Source: Octopus bimaculoides (taxonomy: Eukaryota). Taken from it: 40,810 nucleotides of DNA. Below are positions 37,809-40,810 of this stretch, one piece after another (the stretch's first letter is position 1; each line of letters opens with the position of its first letter). The notes below the pieces were generated by a model. The model worked only from the letters and a program-made list of their open reading frames with translations. It was not told the DNA's origin and made no database searches. The translations under genes were made by a program, and so were the position numbers. The DNA lies in the NCBI RefSeq assembly GCF_001194135.2, contig NC_068988.1, forward strand, positions 17,694,767 through 17,735,576, written 5' to 3'.

Positions 37809-38959
37809 CAAGGGACGGTTGAAAAGCTCAATGGCTAACATACCTAGGATATGACCAAATGAGGTTACTTATTAACATAGTCCCTTTTGCAGTCCACAAA
37901 CTTCTTCCATTGGTGCTGGATTTCATTAGCGAAGAAGCTTTCATCCTGTTGGTAAAAAAGTTATCAACAGCAGATATGACATTATCATCACTGCGATATA
38001 GGTTCCCAGAACAAGTGGGGTTTTTTTTATGTTGAAGAGCAGACGATAGGTTCAAAGCCATAGTCACGCACAGCAGCCATTGAAGCAAACGATTTGTATA
38101 CTGGGAGTTTGGACTTGATCGCCTTTCGTAACTACCTCAGCAGGTAGGCATATTACTCTCTATTGCAGGACACTTTTGAAGATAGTCAATAAACACAACG
38201 ACTTTTGCATCTCCCAAAACTGAGGTCATCACCTTCCGTACAGATGAAACGACCTTGGCCTCCTTTGGAGGGAGTGAGGAGGGGTGTTTTTATTGCACGG
38301 ATTGTCTCTTTGTCTGTGGCTTAGGAAACTATGAAGGAAACCAGCTGGATCTGCCTGAACAACGTTAGATTTTCCTGTGATGTTATCAGCCTGTGGTTTT
38401 CATCAAATGTAAGAGGAGGTAGTACCCAGGAAAAACCTTCGACATGCCAAGCCCATTGTGCAGAATATTCTCAACTCGCTCATGGGCCAATGTTAACAGC
38501 ATTGGCTATTTTATTTATGGTCAATCGCCTTCCTTGCATCACCATGTGGCGAACACGATCAATGTTTTCTTCGGTAGTATCGGGTGTAGGACGTCCAGAC
38601 CTTAGGTAAACTTCAAGACTCTCCCTTCTTCTAAATTCAGCTGCTCCCTTTTGCACTGTTGATAAAGCTAGTGCGTCATCCCCTAATGTAGTAACCATGT
38701 CAGCATGAATGGCCTTGAGAGTTAAACTCTTTTTCTGCAGGTACTTGATAACATCACGATGCCAAATTTTGTCCATTTCCAAGACTAGTCTCTACTAGTT
38801 ACTTTTTATGTCTTCTTTGAACTGTCAGATGTGAGTTTACCTGGAAAGAAACAATGCAGTTTATTACTAAGGAGAGTTGAACTTAATGCATTCAAAATTT
38901 CGCAGCTCTAGCATCAAGCCTTCGTATATTCCGTCAATGAACATTTTAGCCCACCCTCG
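37809..38959 (-). mobile_element. Degenerate mariner transposon with both TIRs and TA TSDs
   Basis: TIRs CAAGGGACGGTTGAAAAGCTCAATGGC and CGAGGGTGGGCTAAAATGTTCATTGAC; TA at 37807-37808 and 38960-38961. ATG at 38776 gives MDKIWHRDVIKYLQKKSLTLKAIHADMVTTLGDDALALSTVQKGAAEFRR..RSGRP..NIDRVRHMVMQGRRLTINKIANAVNI, then a WVPRLL-like WVLPPL, KVMTSVLGDAKVVVFIDYL and ..YRSDDNVISAVDNFF..HQWKKFVDCKRDYVNK* (stop 37867-37865). Several frameshifts and deletions; catalytic motifs lost. Confidence 0.9.
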
Positions 38960-39356
38960 TAAGTAACAGCTTATTCCATTATTCAAATAATCATACAAAT
39001 TCGATCTCCGATTAGCTATGAAGCTTCATATGGTAAATAACTTTATAATTAACGTATAGCGTGTTTTTTTTTAAATCGTTGTACTAGTAGTGCTTTTTTA
39101 CAACAAAATACTAAATTTTCATTGTATACGCATCAATGTAAACATGATTTAATCAAGACTGTAAAGGGGATAACTTAGCATTTAAAAATGTGTATTTGAA
39201 ACATTATTTAATTTAATTATTTAATCACATGTTGTTTCTTTTGATCTTGAATTTAAATATTCTGATAATCTTGATTGTAATTTGATATATAAACCACACG
39301 CAATTCAAAGGCTCTGATATGCTAAATTTGAAGTCTTGCCAATCTTTATGTCACAG

Positions 39357-39864
39357 CATGCTTTTCAATCGATGTCAGTAGTTCAAGAGTATTTCCCCAC
39401 AATATTTCCCAATCCAGCGTAATTTTACTTCAGCTGGGAAAACTTACTGACCTTGAGTTTCCACGTAGCATTTGTAATAATATATTTACAAATTTGAGGG
39501 TGGAAGAATCTTGGAAAGAAGGTCTTGACGCATTCGCTGGTGGGGAAAATGCTTCTTCAGCTTTAATTGATTTTGAATATGTTACGATCAGACAAATTAA
39601 TAATGTAAGAAAAAAGGGGTAACCTTCTGATCGCAACAACAAAGTATTCAAACAGGGAAGTAAATGTTCATATATGGAGATTATGTCCAGTCTCAATGGT
39701 TTCAAGGTAGATGGTGAACGGTCCGACCCGTATTCAGCTCCGTCTCGTTCTGGTTCTATCCGCGCCAAGCGCCACCTGTCTTCCCCACTCCGCTTTTTAA
39801 CAGGAAGTACGAGATTACCTGACTTGCTCGTTAACAGGAAGTGAACGAGGTTACCTGCCTCGTA
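39357..39864. CDS. Probable exon-containing region, strand unresolved (long frames open on both strands)
   Basis: Minus frame open 39864-39430 (144 sense codons, only ATG at 39471, donors GTCAGT at 39451 and GTAAGT at 39447). Plus frame open 39332-39622, with acceptor TCTTTATGTCACAG (39356) and donor GTAAGA (39605). The two frames share third codon positions, so one may be the shadow of the other. Confidence 0.35.
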
Positions 39865-39881
39865 CTATGTTAACTTCCTGT
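39716..39881. promoter_or_regulatory. CpG-rich promoter-like island with three ETS-like ACAGGAAGT motifs
   Basis: About 9 CpG in 39716-39800 within an AT-rich background. ACAGGAAGT at 39800-39808 and 39834-39842; inverted ACTTCCTGT at 39873-39881. Confidence 0.5.
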
Positions 39882-40484
39882 ATATATATTTGGTTATTCA
39901 TACCGACGTTATTTAACTTCTGCCAAACGGTCGTTGACAAACGTTTATCTCGCCACCTTCGGAAAATATACTGTAAGTTCTCACCCTTCATTATCTTATA
40001 GGTATACATAACAAATATATGAATAAATTTATTATTAGATATTGCCCCTCGATATGATTATGAAATCTAATTTATTTAGTACAATTGGAATCGAAGAAAC
40101 ATTCAATATAATTTTTAACCTCTCTATATTCAATGAACTGTTGTCCCTCTAAATAATGTTCAAAAGTCTGAAAAGTTGGTATTAGATACAAAAAAATATA
40201 TCTACATATAGTATTTTAAATCCCTCCGTTGCCAGTTGTTTTATTATGATACAGTGTAAACTAAAATCACTAAACGAAAGATAGGGGAGTTAGTGTCAAT
40301 TGTAAATAACTTGAAATGGTCGGTTAAATTATGCGTTCGACATAAATGAATACCAGTAGTTCTTAAAGAACTACCTACATGTTTGTATATTAAAACAATT
40401 CAATTATTTTAACGTTCTACAATGAGTTATTTCAGCATTACAACTACATGTATATATATACATGTATATATATGCATGTATGTA

Positions 40485-40533
<49 letters not shown>

Positions 40534-40623
40534 ATATACACACAAACACACACACGAATATATATTATATACGAATGTAATGAACAGAATATATATGTGT
40601 GTATATATATAATATTCATATGT

Positions 40624-40810
40624 GGAGGCGTAATGGCCCAGTGGTTAGGGCAGCGGACTCGCGGTCATAGGATCGCGGTTTCGATTCCCAGACCGGGCGT
40701 TGTGAGTGTTTATTGAGCGAAGACACCTAAAGCTCCACGAGGCTCCGGCAGGGGATGGTGGCGAATCCTGCTGTACTCTTTCACCACAACTTTCTCTCAC
40801 TCTCACTCTT
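40624..40810 (+). mobile_element. Young tRNA-derived SINE (family A), continues past the window end
   Basis: A-box TGGCCCAGTGG (40634-40644) and B-box GGTTTCGATTCCC (40677-40689), followed by a tRNA-unrelated body. A near-identical inverted copy lies at 28651-28733. Confidence 0.9.

Noticed and set aside
39973-40001. 29-nt GT..AG micro-intron followed by GT
   Set aside because: Below the plausible spliceosomal intron size for this kind of genome.
40624-40700. tRNA gene
   Set aside because: A/B boxes are present, but I could not build a cloverleaf; it continues into a SINE body and has a second copy in the window.

Overview
AT-rich eukaryotic genomic DNA (roughly one-third GC by eye), full of microsatellites, with 7 assembly gaps. 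The microsatellite density and tRNA-derived SINE families suggest a mollusc, probably an octopod cephalopod; this is recall and inference, not a database match. I could not identify any protein-coding gene by name. Nearly all ORFs in the track are artefacts of dinucleotide/trinucleotide repeats or N-runs. Well-supported content is transposon debris: an internally deleted DD37D (maT-type) Tc1/mariner with both TIRs, a degenerate mariner with both TIRs, RTE-type and R4/Dong-type LINE fragments, at least three SINE families (one copy with a 16-bp TSD) and three fold-back elements. The most interesting non-TE signals are a consensus recursive-splice-like site (polyY-CAG|GTAAGT) at 7249-7257, a CpG-rich island with a duplicated ETS-like module at 39716-39881 next to long frames open on both strands, and a candidate minus-strand terminal exon whose UGA is followed in frame by 104 more sense codons. 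All candidate exons are low confidence, because several AG..GT-bounded open frames are expected by chance in a window this size.
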